DNA of 53,294 nucleotides from positions 1 through 53,294 of IMG/VR virus record IMGVR_UViG_3300009120_000072, one strand, 5' to 3'. Each line of letters opens with the position of its first letter. Positions within the stretch are counted from its first letter, which is position 1. Below the pieces are notes generated by a model that saw only the letters and a program-made list of their open reading frames with translations, searched no databases and was not told the DNA's origin. A program made the position numbers and the translations under genes. Source of the stretch: a virus. Taxonomy: Duplodnaviria > Caudoviricetes. Of the stretch, positions 1 through 9,313 are shown in pieces.

Positions 1-854
1 TAGTCAGATAACCTTGAGCAGCCCACTCGATAATCAATGAGACAACATCCTTGTTATCCACAGCACCATCAAAAATATATCCGACTTGTGCACTGGAATA
101 ACCGGCGGGCGGATTGAATTCTACTGTTTTTACAAGCAAATCATCCTTGCCGAATCGCAGGTACAGTAGTGCAACAAACACAGCAAATATAACGGCATAT
201 GCCGTCGAAAGGATTGTATAATCGAAAGGTATCGGGAAGCTGAAGAAATCATCCGATACCGGCATCCAAATCGTCAGCGCTTCATAGGGTCCAAGACCGG
301 ATTCCACAGTTCCGAAAATCATGTTTCCTTCTACTGTATAATCAACGCCTTCACTGACAGATGAACCATAGTCCCCGGAGTAAAACTCTTTAGTAAAAGA
401 AGTCACATCCTTTGGAAACAAGATCTTGAACTCGACTCGTTCCATGGGAAGTTGCCATCCATCACCGATCAGGTTGAAGTAGAACAATTGTTTTCTGTCC
501 AGACCCAAATCCCGCGTTTTGATCGTGTACGAATAGGTGAAGCGTTTGGCTCCGGTAAAGTACTCACCTTCGGTTCCGATACGTATGCTCACACCTTCAT
601 AACTGCTCTCAATCAAAGATTCTTCATTGAGTACACTGATGTCAGAAACCGGAAAACGGTAAACACAGGGCATAGATTCCTTGGGAAGGCGTATCAAAGA
701 AAACATCGATGACATGGGTCATTTTATAAATCCCATCTTCCTCAACGACCATTTCAACACTGTGATTGGTGAATCGGTCATAAGCATTTACAGACAGGGC
801 AGAGTTAAATAAAAGGAAAATTGAAACGAAAAGAAGCAAGAAAAGTTTTTTCAT
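1..854 (-). pseudogene. DUF2207-family membrane protein, frameshifted near 665, runs off the left edge
   Basis: Signal-peptide ORF 854-642 ends after PSQGIYAL; an adjacent frame continues VYRFPVSD...YFNLIGDGW...FGKDD...VEFNPPAGYSSAQVGYIFDG...IIEWAAQGYL open to base 1; lies downstream of lemA, the usual partner. Confidence 0.75.
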
Positions 855-871
855 CCGCTACCTCCTTGGTT

Positions 872-897
872 AAAAAAAGGGACTTATGTCCCTTTTG
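872..897 (-). terminator. Intrinsic terminator after lemA
   Basis: AAAAGGGAC-TTAT-GTCCCTTTT hairpin with T tract on the minus strand. Confidence 0.65.
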
Positions 898-899
898 AC

Positions 900-1454
900 T
901 CAGAATTGTACTTTAACGTTTTGACGTTGGGTAGCATCTTCTACTTCAAACAACGGACGTTTGATAAATTTGAATAAGTTAGCTACGATATTGTTAGGGA
1001 ATGATTCGACCATCGTGTTGTACTGACGGGTCGTACCATTGTAGAACTTACGGGCATTGGCAATGTCTTCTTCCAATACTTTTAACTGTGCCTGCAAATC
1101 CAAGAATTGAGTATTTGCTTTTAAATCCGGATAGGCTTCCGCAAGTGCAAATAAACGACCTAAGACACCGGCAAATTCACCTTCAGCCTTGGCTTTGTCT
1201 TCGACATTTGAGGCATTAACTGCTTTGTTACGGGCAGAAATGACACGTTCAAGCGTTTCGCTTTCGTGTTTGGCATAACCTTTGACAGTTTCGACCAAAT
1301 TGGGGATCAAGTCATAGCGTTTGACCAAATATACATCCATGGTGGAGAATGCTTCGTCTACTTTATTGCGCCAGGCAATAAATCCGTTGTATGCCGACAT
1401 AAGCCAAAGGCCGATGACGACGACTATGGCTAATAAGCCAAAAAACCATTCCAT
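900..1454 (-). CDS. lemA: LemA family protein
   Basis: N-terminal TM, KRYDLIPNLVETVKGYAKHE and AEAYPDLKAN motifs; start set at MEWFF behind an AGGAGG RBS. Confidence 0.95.
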   Translation of the reverse strand: MEWFFGLLAIVVVIGLWLMSAYNGFIAWRNKVDEAFSTMDVYLVKRYDLIPNLVETVKGYAKHESETLERVISARNKAVNASNVEDKAKAEGEFAGVLGRLFALAEAYPDLKANTQFLDLQAQLKVLEEDIANARKFYNGTTRQYNTMVESFPNNIVANLFKFIKRPLFEVEDATQRQNVKVQF

Positions 1455-1534
1455 ATGTGTACCTCCTGGTATTGATATGAGTACATTATACACCGTTGTG
1501 TAATAAATCTCAATTAATGACATGGGGCACATCC

Positions 1535-1563
1535 TTGTCATTTCTGTGCTTTCGTTGTATAAT
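1535..1563 (+). promoter_or_regulatory. SigA-type promoter of ssrA
   Basis: TTGTCA-17 bp-TATAAT just upstream of the tmRNA 5' end. Confidence 0.75.
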
Positions 1564-1575
1564 TCATTTGCAAAC

Positions 1576-1925
1576 GGGGGTGTCTTGGTTTCGACAGGAT
1601 TTCGTTTGATTCAGGGTGCAGTGGTGTGGCTACCTAAAGGCTAAAAAAATAACTGGAAACAGACTTTCTTTCGCTGCTTAATTAGCAACTAACAAGCTAT
1701 CAGCGCGTCCGGTACGGCTTTCCCATTGGGCCATACCCTGACGTCAGAAACGATGGGTAAGTGCAGAGTAGTTCGCTCAGCGAGGCTGCATCGACAATCC
1801 AGTGAGCAAATCAACGCTTGTTTGTCTATTTCTTAAGGGTTGATCAAAAGCAAATAGAATAAACTGTAGACCTCTGAATGTGGGACACTTCTTGGACAGG
1901 AGTTCAATTCTCCTCACCTCCACCA
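1576..1925 (+). ncRNA. ssrA: tmRNA
   Basis: 5' GGGGGTG...TTCGAC and 3' T-arm AGGAG-TTCAATT-CTCCT followed by CACCTCC-ACCA; acceptor stem with the G3:U alanine determinant; internal tag frame. Confidence 0.97.
1655..1681 (+). other. tmRNA proteolysis tag reading frame (A)GNRLSFAA*
   Basis: ATAACT resume context, then GGA AAC AGA CTT TCT TTC GCT GCT TAA. Confidence 0.9.
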
Positions 1926-3445
1926 ACCTTATCTCTTGTCACTTCCTTTCCAGTGGAAGTGATTTTTCTATTCTTGGCTAGCGGATCAAGTTTGAAATCA
2001 ATTTTGACTTCATCGTCATAGATGAGGATTTTGTCTACTAAAGCTTCAATGATTTCTCTTTTAACGTTATCATCAGCGTCGTTTAGTTTGTCTCGCAAAT
2101 CATACATGAAAAATTTGATCTTCTCAATTTTCAAGTTTTCAAAAGCATCAACATTAATTTGTTTTAATCTTGATTCGTAATGGTCAATCTGTTCCTTCAT
2201 TGAGTTTGTTTTTTCAACGATAGTTTCTTTTGAAATATTTCCTTCCAAATACAAATCAAATAGTTTAGTAACTTGAGACTTTAACAAGTCTCTTTTTTTC
2301 GTTAAATCCTTGATCAAATCCTTATTGATGAAAATAGCCTTATCAGCAATGTTCAAAATCATATTGGCTAGTTCTTCTATTTGCTCGTTGCCTAAAATTT
2401 CATTTTTTATCATATCCAGAACGTAATTTTCAAGTAAATCAGCTCGAATCCGTTTATTTGTGCATCCTGTTTTTCGCTGGCTGGAGTTACAGGCATAGTT
2501 AAAATACTTTGTTTCTCTATCTCTTCCAAGCACATATGAACCACCGACATATGCGGATCCGCAAGATCCACAGAAGAGCCTTCCGGTAAGCAAATATACA
2601 CGAGTGGCATTCTTGCGTGGTTTACTGTTTTCACTCAGCTTTATCTGAACGGAATTCCATAGTTCATCTGATATGATCTTCGGTAATGCTCCTTCAATTT
2701 TTGTTATTTCGTTATCCTTTTTAAAAACTCGATTGCCGGTCTTTTTAGACATACGTTTATTAAAAACATAAGTGCCGATATATTTCTCATTTCGCAATAT
2801 ATCAAAAATACTGTTCTTTCCGAATGTTTTATTTAATTTAGTCTTGAATCCCTGTTCATTTAACGATTTAGCTATTGCACCATAACCATAACCATTTGCA
2901 TACATTTCAAAGATAATACGCACAGATTGCGCTTCTGCAGGGTTTAATGTATAAATCTGATCCACACCAACATCAAAGCCTAAAGGAGGCACACCGCCAT
3001 TGTGTAGCGCTTTGAGAGCGTTCTCGTTCATCCCTTTACGAACTTCACGTGCTAAATTCATAGAATAGTACTCAGCCATGCCTTCCAAGACTGATTCTAG
3101 GATAACTGATTCTGGACTATCATCCAGTTGCTCAAGAACTGATACAATCCGCACGCCATTTTGTTTCAGCTCACGTTTATAAAAAGCGCTATCATATCGA
3201 TTGCGTGCGAATCGATCCAGCTTGTGAACGATTACTGCCTGAAATATCCCGAGCTTTGAATCTTTTATCATTTGAATAAACTGCTCTCTTTTATCAGTTG
3301 TGGCACTCATGGCTTCATCCTGATAGATCCGGACAATGTCAAATCCGTTCTTATCACAATAAAGTTTGATCGCTCTTATTTGCGCATCGATGGATTCCTG
3401 TCGCTGGTTATCGCTAGAAAAACGAGCATATACTGCAACTTTCAT
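1904..3445 (-). CDS. Large serine recombinase (phage integrase)
   Basis: YARFSS catalytic Ser, KLDRFAR, recombinase domain, CGSCG zinc ribbon, coiled coil; last codons overlap the tmRNA. Confidence 0.96.
   Translation of the reverse strand: MKVAVYARFSSDNQRQESIDAQIRAIKLYCDKNGFDIVRIYQDEAMSATTDKREQFIQMIKDSKLGIFQAVIVHKLDRFARNRYDSAFYKRELKQNGVRIVSVLEQLDDSPESVILESVLEGMAEYYSMNLAREVRKGMNENALKALHNGGVPPLGFDVGVDQIYTLNPAEAQSVRIIFEMYANGYGYGAIAKSLNEQGFKTKLNKTFGKNSIFDILRNEKYIGTYVFNKRMSKKTGNRVFKKDNEITKIEGALPKIISDELWNSVQIKLSENSKPRKNATRVYLLTGRLFCGSCGSAYVGGSYVLGRDRETKYFNYACNSSQRKTGCTNKRIRADLLENYVLDMIKNEILGNEQIEELANMILNIADKAIFINKDLIKDLTKKRDLLKSQVTKLFDLYLEGNISKETIVEKTNSMKEQIDHYESRLKQINVDAFENLKIEKIKFFMYDLRDKLNDADDNVKREIIEALVDKILIYDDEVKIDFKLDPLAKNRKITSTGKEVTRDKVGGGEEN
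1914..1926 (+). repeat. attL core of prophage 1 (TCACCTCCACCAA)
   Basis: Identical to 36683-36695; corresponds to the tmRNA 3' end. Confidence 0.92.
1939..1967 (+). terminator. Phage-supplied terminator for ssrA, inside the integrase coding sequence
   Basis: TCACTTCC-8 nt-GGAAGTGA-TTTTT, starting 14 nt after the tmRNA CCA. Confidence 0.7.
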
Positions 3446-3446
3446 A

Positions 3447-4547
3447 TTAAGAATCTCGTAGCAAAGTTTTAATATAAAGTATCCAATATTTCATATGGAT
3501 AAAAGCCTCACTTAACTCAGTTATATCGATCCAGTGAACACTTTCCTTTGTTAAAACTTGAATCTGTTTTTTTCCTCTAAGCTTAACTCTTCCAAATTGC
3601 ATCTTGTTAATCTCAAAATTCAAAGTGCCATTCGACATACGTCTAATTTCTATTTCATCAACTATTTTATTCTCTTCTAGTTGCAACATAAGTCTATCGT
3701 AAAATTGTTTTTCTTCATCACTAAACGAGTTCATCAGTTGATTCCTACCATATTCCTTGAGTTCCTTAGTGTTAATGTAAATTTCTTTACAAGATTCAAG
3801 TAATTTATGTGTAGTGTAGCAATCATGAAGTGATCTATGCGAAGAGTAATCTAAACCTAAGTATTTTTTTATAGTTTCGAGTTTATGATTATTAAGGTTT
3901 GGGTAATACTGACGAGCGTAATCAACTGTATCAATTACCGGGAAATTTAGTTCAAAATCATCTGTCAACCCATTTATTGCAGAAACTAAGAACTTCAAAT
4001 CAAATTCTGCATTGTGAGCAACTAACGGTGATTCCCCTATCATAGTTACAACCTTCTGAATTACTTCATAGATTTTGGGTGCTTCAGCTATCATTTCATT
4101 TGTTATTCCAGTAATAGAGATAATCTCATTAGAAATCCTTACTTCTGGGTTAACTAATGTTGAAAACTCTTCAACAATTAAAGAGTTTTTGACTTTAATT
4201 AATGAAACTTCAATAATCCTACTTTTCACTGGTTCAAAACCTGTGGTTTCAAAATCAAGAACGACATATTCATCAGGGAAAAAATCCATATATTTTTGGA
4301 AAGTAAGTCGCTTAGGGAAGAATAAATTGTACCTGTAATTGATTTTACTTCCATCAATTTCATTTGCTACAGTACTTTTAATCCTTGATTTTGATTTATT
4401 TTTTTGTTTAATCAATATACTCACAATAGCAAAAAGAAACACAAAAAGAAATGCAAGAAAGAACTCACCTGCTATCAAGAGACTAACAACAATCAGAAAG
4501 TAAAATAATCTGAAAAGTATAATCATTATTTTTGAAATGGTTTTCAT
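3447..4547 (-). CDS. Membrane-anchored DEDDh 3'-5' exonuclease (DnaQ-like)
   Basis: Two N-terminal hydrophobic segments; VLDFETTG, VAHNAEFD, HRSLHD exonuclease motifs. Confidence 0.85.
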   Translation of the reverse strand: MKTISKIMIILFRLFYFLIVVSLLIAGEFFLAFLFVFLFAIVSILIKQKNKSKSRIKSTVANEIDGSKINYRYNLFFPKRLTFQKYMDFFPDEYVVLDFETTGFEPVKSRIIEVSLIKVKNSLIVEEFSTLVNPEVRISNEIISITGITNEMIAEAPKIYEVIQKVVTMIGESPLVAHNAEFDLKFLVSAINGLTDDFELNFPVIDTVDYARQYYPNLNNHKLETIKKYLGLDYSSHRSLHDCYTTHKLLESCKEIYINTKELKEYGRNQLMNSFSDEEKQFYDRLMLQLEENKIVDEIEIRRMSNGTLNFEINKMQFGRVKLRGKKQIQVLTKESVHWIDITELSEAFIHMKYWILYIKTLLRDS

Positions 4548-5167
4548 AGAGCCCTCCTTATTTCAACCACTTTTCCAACAATTGTAATAGGCAATAAAGA
4601 CATCTGATCTTTATTATAAAATGTCTTATTAAATAGAGGATTGAGAGGAATCAACGTAATGCCATCATCTTGTATTAATACTTTTTTGCAAGTTGCTTCG
4701 TCTCCGTTTACCTTTACAATAGCAATACTACCGCTATCGACTGAAGATTGCTGTTTTATGATTAGTGTATCACCATCCTCAATACGAGGATTCATAGAAT
4801 CTCCCTTAGCTTTCAAACCAAAGAACTCGCCTTTTTTCGACATCTCAGCGGAGATTTCTTCAAAATCTATAATATTTTCTATAGCACTTATTGGAACGCC
4901 ACAAGGCACTTCACCTAACACAGGGATCTTAATTCCGGTCGAATTTCTAAAAAAACTTTTATCTTCAGTAAGTTCTGATTTGTAAACTCCAAAATAATCA
5001 GCAATCTGCTGAAGCCGATCAATTCTAGGATATTTTCTTCCATTAACCCAATCAGACACTGTCGCTTGGCCAACTTGTAAATCATGAGCAATATCCATTT
5101 GTGTCTTATTATTAATTCTCATATATTTACCTAAGTTTCTAGAAAAAACATCTCTGTTTTCAATCAT
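4544..5167 (-). CDS. CI-like repressor, XRE HTH + S24 peptidase
   Basis: HTH (TQMDIA...TVSDW), PCG cleavage-site region, GDSM Ser and ATCKK Lys. Confidence 0.92.
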   Translation of the reverse strand: MIENRDVFSRNLGKYMRINNKTQMDIAHDLQVGQATVSDWVNGRKYPRIDRLQQIADYFGVYKSELTEDKSFFRNSTGIKIPVLGEVPCGVPISAIENIIDFEEISAEMSKKGEFFGLKAKGDSMNPRIEDGDTLIIKQQSSVDSGSIAIVKVNGDEATCKKVLIQDDGITLIPLNPLFNKTFYNKDQMSLLPITIVGKVVEIRRAL

Positions 5168-5196
5168 GCGTTATCACCACCTTAAATATATTATAT

Positions 5197-5277
5197 ATTC
5201 CTTTAAGCGAAATAAAAAGCACATTATTAAAATATTATTCACTTTAAAGTTGACAGTATCGCTTTAAGCGATATAAT
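5197..5277. promoter_or_regulatory. Prophage 1 genetic switch: rightward promoter and 15-bp operators
   Basis: TTGACA(5250)-16 bp-TATAAT(5272) with palindrome ATCGCTTTAAGCGAT (5258-5272) in the spacer; variants at 5197 and 5238. Confidence 0.8.
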
Positions 5278-5296
5278 TTAATCAAGGAGGGTTAAT

Positions 5297-5554
5297 ATGG
5301 CAACATTTACCATTACACTAAAAGCAGCTAGAGTAAACGCACACAAAAATCTTAAGGATGCTGCTCAACATTTGGGAGTCACAAAAAGAACAATATTGAA
5401 TTGGGAAAACGGAACAACTGTTCCAGATCATGATTTGGCAGCGAAGTTAGCAGATTTTTACGAAATTGACATATCATACATTTTTTTTGGTAGGAATATC
5501 GCTAAAAGCGAATCAAATCGCTTAAAGAGGACAAGAAATGATTCGACTGGGTAA
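5297..5554 (+). CDS. Cro-like XRE HTH protein
   Basis: ITLKAARVN...AAQHLGVTKRTILNWENG; divergent from the repressor. Confidence 0.9.
   Translation: MATFTITLKAARVNAHKNLKDAAQHLGVTKRTILNWENGTTVPDHDLAAKLADFYEIDISYIFFGRNIAKSESNRLKRTRNDSTG
5498..5531. promoter_or_regulatory. Two further operator copies in the cro 3' end
   Basis: ATCGCTAAAAGCGAA (5498) and ATCGCTTAAAGAGGA (5517). Confidence 0.65.
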
Positions 5555-5720
5555 AAAATTATACACACCGACACCATTAATGATATGGATTTCAACAATC
5601 ATCTCATTAATTGCCGGTTTCATGTTAGAGGGCGCAACGGCATTAAACCACCTGTTCCTACCAATAAGTCTAGCAGTAGTTTTTGGTTATATAGCATTAA
5701 GCGGCAAACATGATCGTTAG
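5538..5720 (+). CDS. Small two-TM membrane protein
   Basis: 60 aa, two hydrophobic helices, RBS, in operon. Confidence 0.6.
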   Translation: MIRLGKKLYTPTPLMIWISTIISLIAGFMLEGATALNHLFLPISLAVVFGYIALSGKHDR

Positions 5721-5772
5721 GAAAGAGTGATCGGACTTCAACTCCGGTCATCTATCAAAGAAAGGAACCAAT

Positions 5773-6543
5773 ATGCAAGAACTTCAAGTGTTTCAAAATA
5801 TCGAGTTTGGTAATTTAGGAGTAACAATCAGCAACGGTAAGGAATACTTTCAAGCTACTGATGTTGCAAGAATGTTAGGATATACGAATCCGCATAAAGC
5901 AATTCAAGACCATTGTAAAAGTGTTAAACAAATACGAACTAACGATTCGTTAGGTCGTCAGCAAGAAATAAATTTTATTCCAGAAGGCGATTTGTTCAGG
6001 TTAATTGTAAGATCGAAACTTCCGAGTGCAGAAAAATTCGAACGTTGGGTATTCGATGAAGTTCTTCCAACACTCCGCAAGCATGGCGCTTATCTTACTC
6101 CAGATGTACTGGAAAAAACGCTATCTGATCCTAATTACATCATTGGAATAATTTCGGCACTTGCCGAATCGAAGAAGGAGTTGGCTATGAAAGATCAAGT
6201 CATCGGTGAATTAAAGCCAAAGGCTGATTATCTGGATAGAATTCTGAAATCGAGATCACTTGTTACAATCACTCAAATTGCGAAAGATTACGGAATGTCT
6301 GGAGTTGCAATGAATCGATTGCTTCACGATAAAAAAATCCAATACAAGCTTGGTGATCAATGGCTTCTTTATTCTGAATATCATGACAAAGGTTTTACTT
6401 CCAGCAAGACAATAGTCATTGAAGATGTACCAGGCAGCGAGAAGGTGGTCATGCAGACTTACTGGACTATGAAAGGAAGGCTATTTTTATACAACTTACT
6501 TAAAGAGGATGGAATTATTCCAGTCATTGAAGGGATTGACTAA
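5773..6543 (+). CDS. Antirepressor, Bro-N + KilA-C/ANT domains
   Basis: ATDVARMLGYTNP, IPEGDLFRLI, FERWVFDEVLP; C-terminal ITQIAKDYGMS. Confidence 0.9.
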   Translation: MQELQVFQNIEFGNLGVTISNGKEYFQATDVARMLGYTNPHKAIQDHCKSVKQIRTNDSLGRQQEINFIPEGDLFRLIVRSKLPSAEKFERWVFDEVLPTLRKHGAYLTPDVLEKTLSDPNYIIGIISALAESKKELAMKDQVIGELKPKADYLDRILKSRSLVTITQIAKDYGMSGVAMNRLLHDKKIQYKLGDQWLLYSEYHDKGFTSSKTIVIEDVPGSEKVVMQTYWTMKGRLFLYNLLKEDGIIPVIEGID

Positions 6544-6682
6544 ATGAAAAAAACGAAAAAACAAAGATGCAATATCGGCGATCGAAAAGTGACAAGCAAT
6601 ATCGACCATATTTCAATCGATAAAGAAGTTTTGTCTAAAGTGTTATTCCGATTATTCTTGAGATCGTGTGGTGTTGATTATT

Positions 6683-7513
6683 ATGAAGAAATCAGATATC
6701 CCAGCACTTCTTGATGAGTTTATCATCGAACTTAAATATCAAGAAAAAGCAGAAAGAACTCTTATGAAGTATCGAGCTGATGTGATTAAGTTCATAGAGT
6801 TTGTTCAGCACGATAATCCAATTAGCAAAGATGATGTTTTGGAATATAAGAAGTTTATCAGCTCCGGCCAGTATAAGCCTAGAAGCATTAATTCCTACAT
6901 TGTGGCATTGAATAAGTTCCTGAAATGGTGTGGTCAAGAAAATCTAAAAGTTAAGAAGTTAAAGATGCAGCAAAGGAATAGCATCGATGACATTATCAGT
7001 TTTAGTGATTATAAGCGACTGCTGCGATTTGCCAAGAAGCTTGGCTATGTAGATATCTTCATGATCATGAAGATTATCGCCACAACTGGCATCCGAATAA
7101 GCGAGTTGAAGTTCTTTACAGTCGAAGGGATTAAATCATTCTACATTCATGTGAGGAACAAAGGCAAAGACAGAGATATTATACTAACGCAAGAATTGGC
7201 AAGAGAGCTGCGCAAGTACTGCCGAGATCACAATATCAAATCTGGCCGGATATTCAATCTTGGCGATGTGGCTATATGGCGAAAGATGAAAAAGATAGCC
7301 GGTGCATCTAGGGTGAATAAAGAGAAGGTACACGCTCACAGCTTTAGGCACTTATTCGCAAAGGAATTTATGGCCGAGTACAATAATGCGCTGGAACTGG
7401 CCGACATTCTCGGTCATAGTTCACTAGAAACAACCAGGATCTACACACGATCGACAAACGAAGAGAAGCGTAAAAAGCTTGAAAAAATGAAAATCAAAGG
7501 AGTTAAAAAATGA
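6683..7513 (+). CDS. Second, Xer-like tyrosine recombinase in the early region
   Basis: TGIRISEL, NKGK, HSFRH, LGHSS..TT.IY catalytic R-K-H-R-H-Y set; no arm-binding domain. Confidence 0.93.
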   Translation: MKKSDIPALLDEFIIELKYQEKAERTLMKYRADVIKFIEFVQHDNPISKDDVLEYKKFISSGQYKPRSINSYIVALNKFLKWCGQENLKVKKLKMQQRNSIDDIISFSDYKRLLRFAKKLGYVDIFMIMKIIATTGIRISELKFFTVEGIKSFYIHVRNKGKDRDIILTQELARELRKYCRDHNIKSGRIFNLGDVAIWRKMKKIAGASRVNKEKVHAHSFRHLFAKEFMAEYNNALELADILGHSSLETTRIYTRSTNEEKRKKLEKMKIKGVKK

Positions 7514-7788
7514 GGACTTTTAAATCAGTAAGACCACTTGAAGAAGTAAAAAAATTAATGTTAGAACAGGGTTATTTTATTCCTTCAAAAAGTCAAAAGG
7601 CATATAACGATGGAAGTGATTGGATTTTATTTTGCAGACCAGAGCGAAGGATTCAATATAGGCCACATGATGGATCGTTTGCATTGATAAACAGTGTTGG
7701 TTACGTCATTGCGACACATTTAAGTGAAGAATTTGAGGATAGAGAAGATTATCAAGAACTACTTAACATCTTCTATATAAGTGAGTGA
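7510..7788 (+). CDS. Hypothetical phage protein
   Basis: ATGA-coupled ORF with RBS. Confidence 0.65.
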   Translation: MRTFKSVRPLEEVKKLMLEQGYFIPSKSQKAYNDGSDWILFCRPERRIQYRPHDGSFALINSVGYVIATHLSEEFEDREDYQELLNIFYISE

Positions 7789-7794
7789 CAAAAG

Positions 7795-8571
7795 ATGGCT
7801 GAGCGAAGAATGTTTGCAAAAACAATCATAGATTCAGATGCATTTCTTGATATGCCTGCAACAACACAATTGTTGTACTTCCACTTATCCATGAGAGCTG
7901 ACGATGACGGGTTTATAAACAAACCTAAAACAATAATGAGGATGATTGGAAGTAAAGATGATGACATCAATTTACTAATTGCAAAAAAGTTCTTAATACC
8001 ATTTGAAAGCGGTGTAGTGGTTATAAAACACTGGAAAATCCACAACTACATTAGAAAGGACACCTACAGCGAAACAAAATATAAAGACGAGAAAGCACAG
8101 TTGGAGTTTGATGAAAATAACGCTTATAAGCTTTCGTCTACAATCCGTCACCGTATCGTCGACGGAACGTCGACACAGGTAAGGTTAGGTAAGGATAGTA
8201 TAGGTAAAGAAAAAGATAATAATGTTTCATTTAGCAATGAAACGATTGAATTTAAACTGGCAGAACTTCTTTATCAATCAATTGTAAAAAACGATGATAA
8301 GTTCAAAAAACCGGATTTGTCAAAATGGGCGGATCATATCGATAAGATCATCCGAATTGATAAAAGAACAGTAAAAGAAATTGAAGAAGTGATCAGATTT
8401 GCGTCAACCAATGATTTCTGGAAGAGCAATATCCTATCAACCGCCAAACTGCGCAAACAGTTTCCAACACTGGTAATCCAAATGAAACGAGGTGAAAAAG
8501 GTGCAACCAATTCAAAACCTGTTGAAAAGAGCAATAAACCAGAATGGGATATCGAAGGAATCATCATATAG
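7795..8571 (+). CDS. Replisome organizer / replication initiator
   Basis: MAERRMFAKTIIDSDAFLDMP N-terminal domain; C-terminal FWKSNILS..KLRKQF domain; short internal repeats around 8135-8205 (probable ori). Confidence 0.88.
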   Translation: MAERRMFAKTIIDSDAFLDMPATTQLLYFHLSMRADDDGFINKPKTIMRMIGSKDDDINLLIAKKFLIPFESGVVVIKHWKIHNYIRKDTYSETKYKDEKAQLEFDENNAYKLSSTIRHRIVDGTSTQVRLGKDSIGKEKDNNVSFSNETIEFKLAELLYQSIVKNDDKFKKPDLSKWADHIDKIIRIDKRTVKEIEEVIRFASTNDFWKSNILSTAKLRKQFPTLVIQMKRGEKGATNSKPVEKSNKPEWDIEGIII

Positions 8572-9313
8572 CGAAACGAGATGCCAGCACTGGAATGATG
8601 TCGAAGGTGAAATGACCGGCCATGATTGCCGGAAGTGTAAAAACAAAGGATACATCATGATCATTGATAACAGCGGATATGAAGCTCTGAAAGAATGTGA
8701 ATGTATGCCATCAAGAAGAAGCATGGCAATCATCCGGAAGAGTGGACTTGAAAAACTGTTGGATGAATACACCTTCGAAAATTACACAACCAGCCAGGCA
8801 TGGCAAAAGCAGATCAAAGATTCGGCATTGCGATATGTAGATGACTTAATCGGTAATTGGTTCTTTATTGGCGGACAAGTCGGAAGTGGAAAATCACATA
8901 TTTGCACCGCCATTGTAAAGGAGCTGATGATGCGAGGAAATGAAGCACTTTATATGCGATGGCGAGATGATAGCGTGAGTTTGAAAAAATCGATCATGGC
9001 TGAAGGATACGAATATGCTGAAGAAATCAAACGGTTCAAGAATGTTAAAGTGCTGTACATTGATGACTTCTTCAAAACAGAAAGAGGAAAGCAACCAACT
9101 GCAGCTGACATCAACCTAGCATTTGAAATATTAAACCACCGGTACATCAATAAAGATTTGATCACAATTATTAGTTCTGAGTTAAGTATCAACGAACTGC
9201 TGGACATTGATGAAGCGATCGGATCGAGAATATACCAAAGGTCAAAAGGATACTACTTGGCCATTACAAAAGATAGCGGCAAAAACATGAGAATGAAAGG
9301 GAGCAAGCTATGA
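8501..9313 (+). CDS. DnaC/IstB-like helicase loader ATPase
   Basis: CxxC...CxC zinc motif, GQVGSGKSH Walker A, LYIDD Walker B. Confidence 0.9.
   Translation: MQPIQNLLKRAINQNGISKESSYSETRCQHWNDVEGEMTGHDCRKCKNKGYIMIIDNSGYEALKECECMPSRRSMAIIRKSGLEKLLDEYTFENYTTSQAWQKQIKDSALRYVDDLIGNWFFIGGQVGSGKSHICTAIVKELMMRGNEALYMRWRDDSVSLKKSIMAEGYEYAEEIKRFKNVKVLYIDDFFKTERGKQPTAADINLAFEILNHRYINKDLITIISSELSINELLDIDEAIGSRIYQRSKGYYLAITKDSGKNMRMKGSKL

Noticed and set aside
1455-1541. 29-aa N-terminal extension of LemA
   Set aside because: Runs through the divergent promoter region; a strong RBS supports the start at 1454.
5728-5750. Hairpin TGATCGGA-CTTCAAC-TCCGGTCA upstream of the antirepressor
   Set aside because: No U tract and no counterpart in prophage 2; too weak to call.
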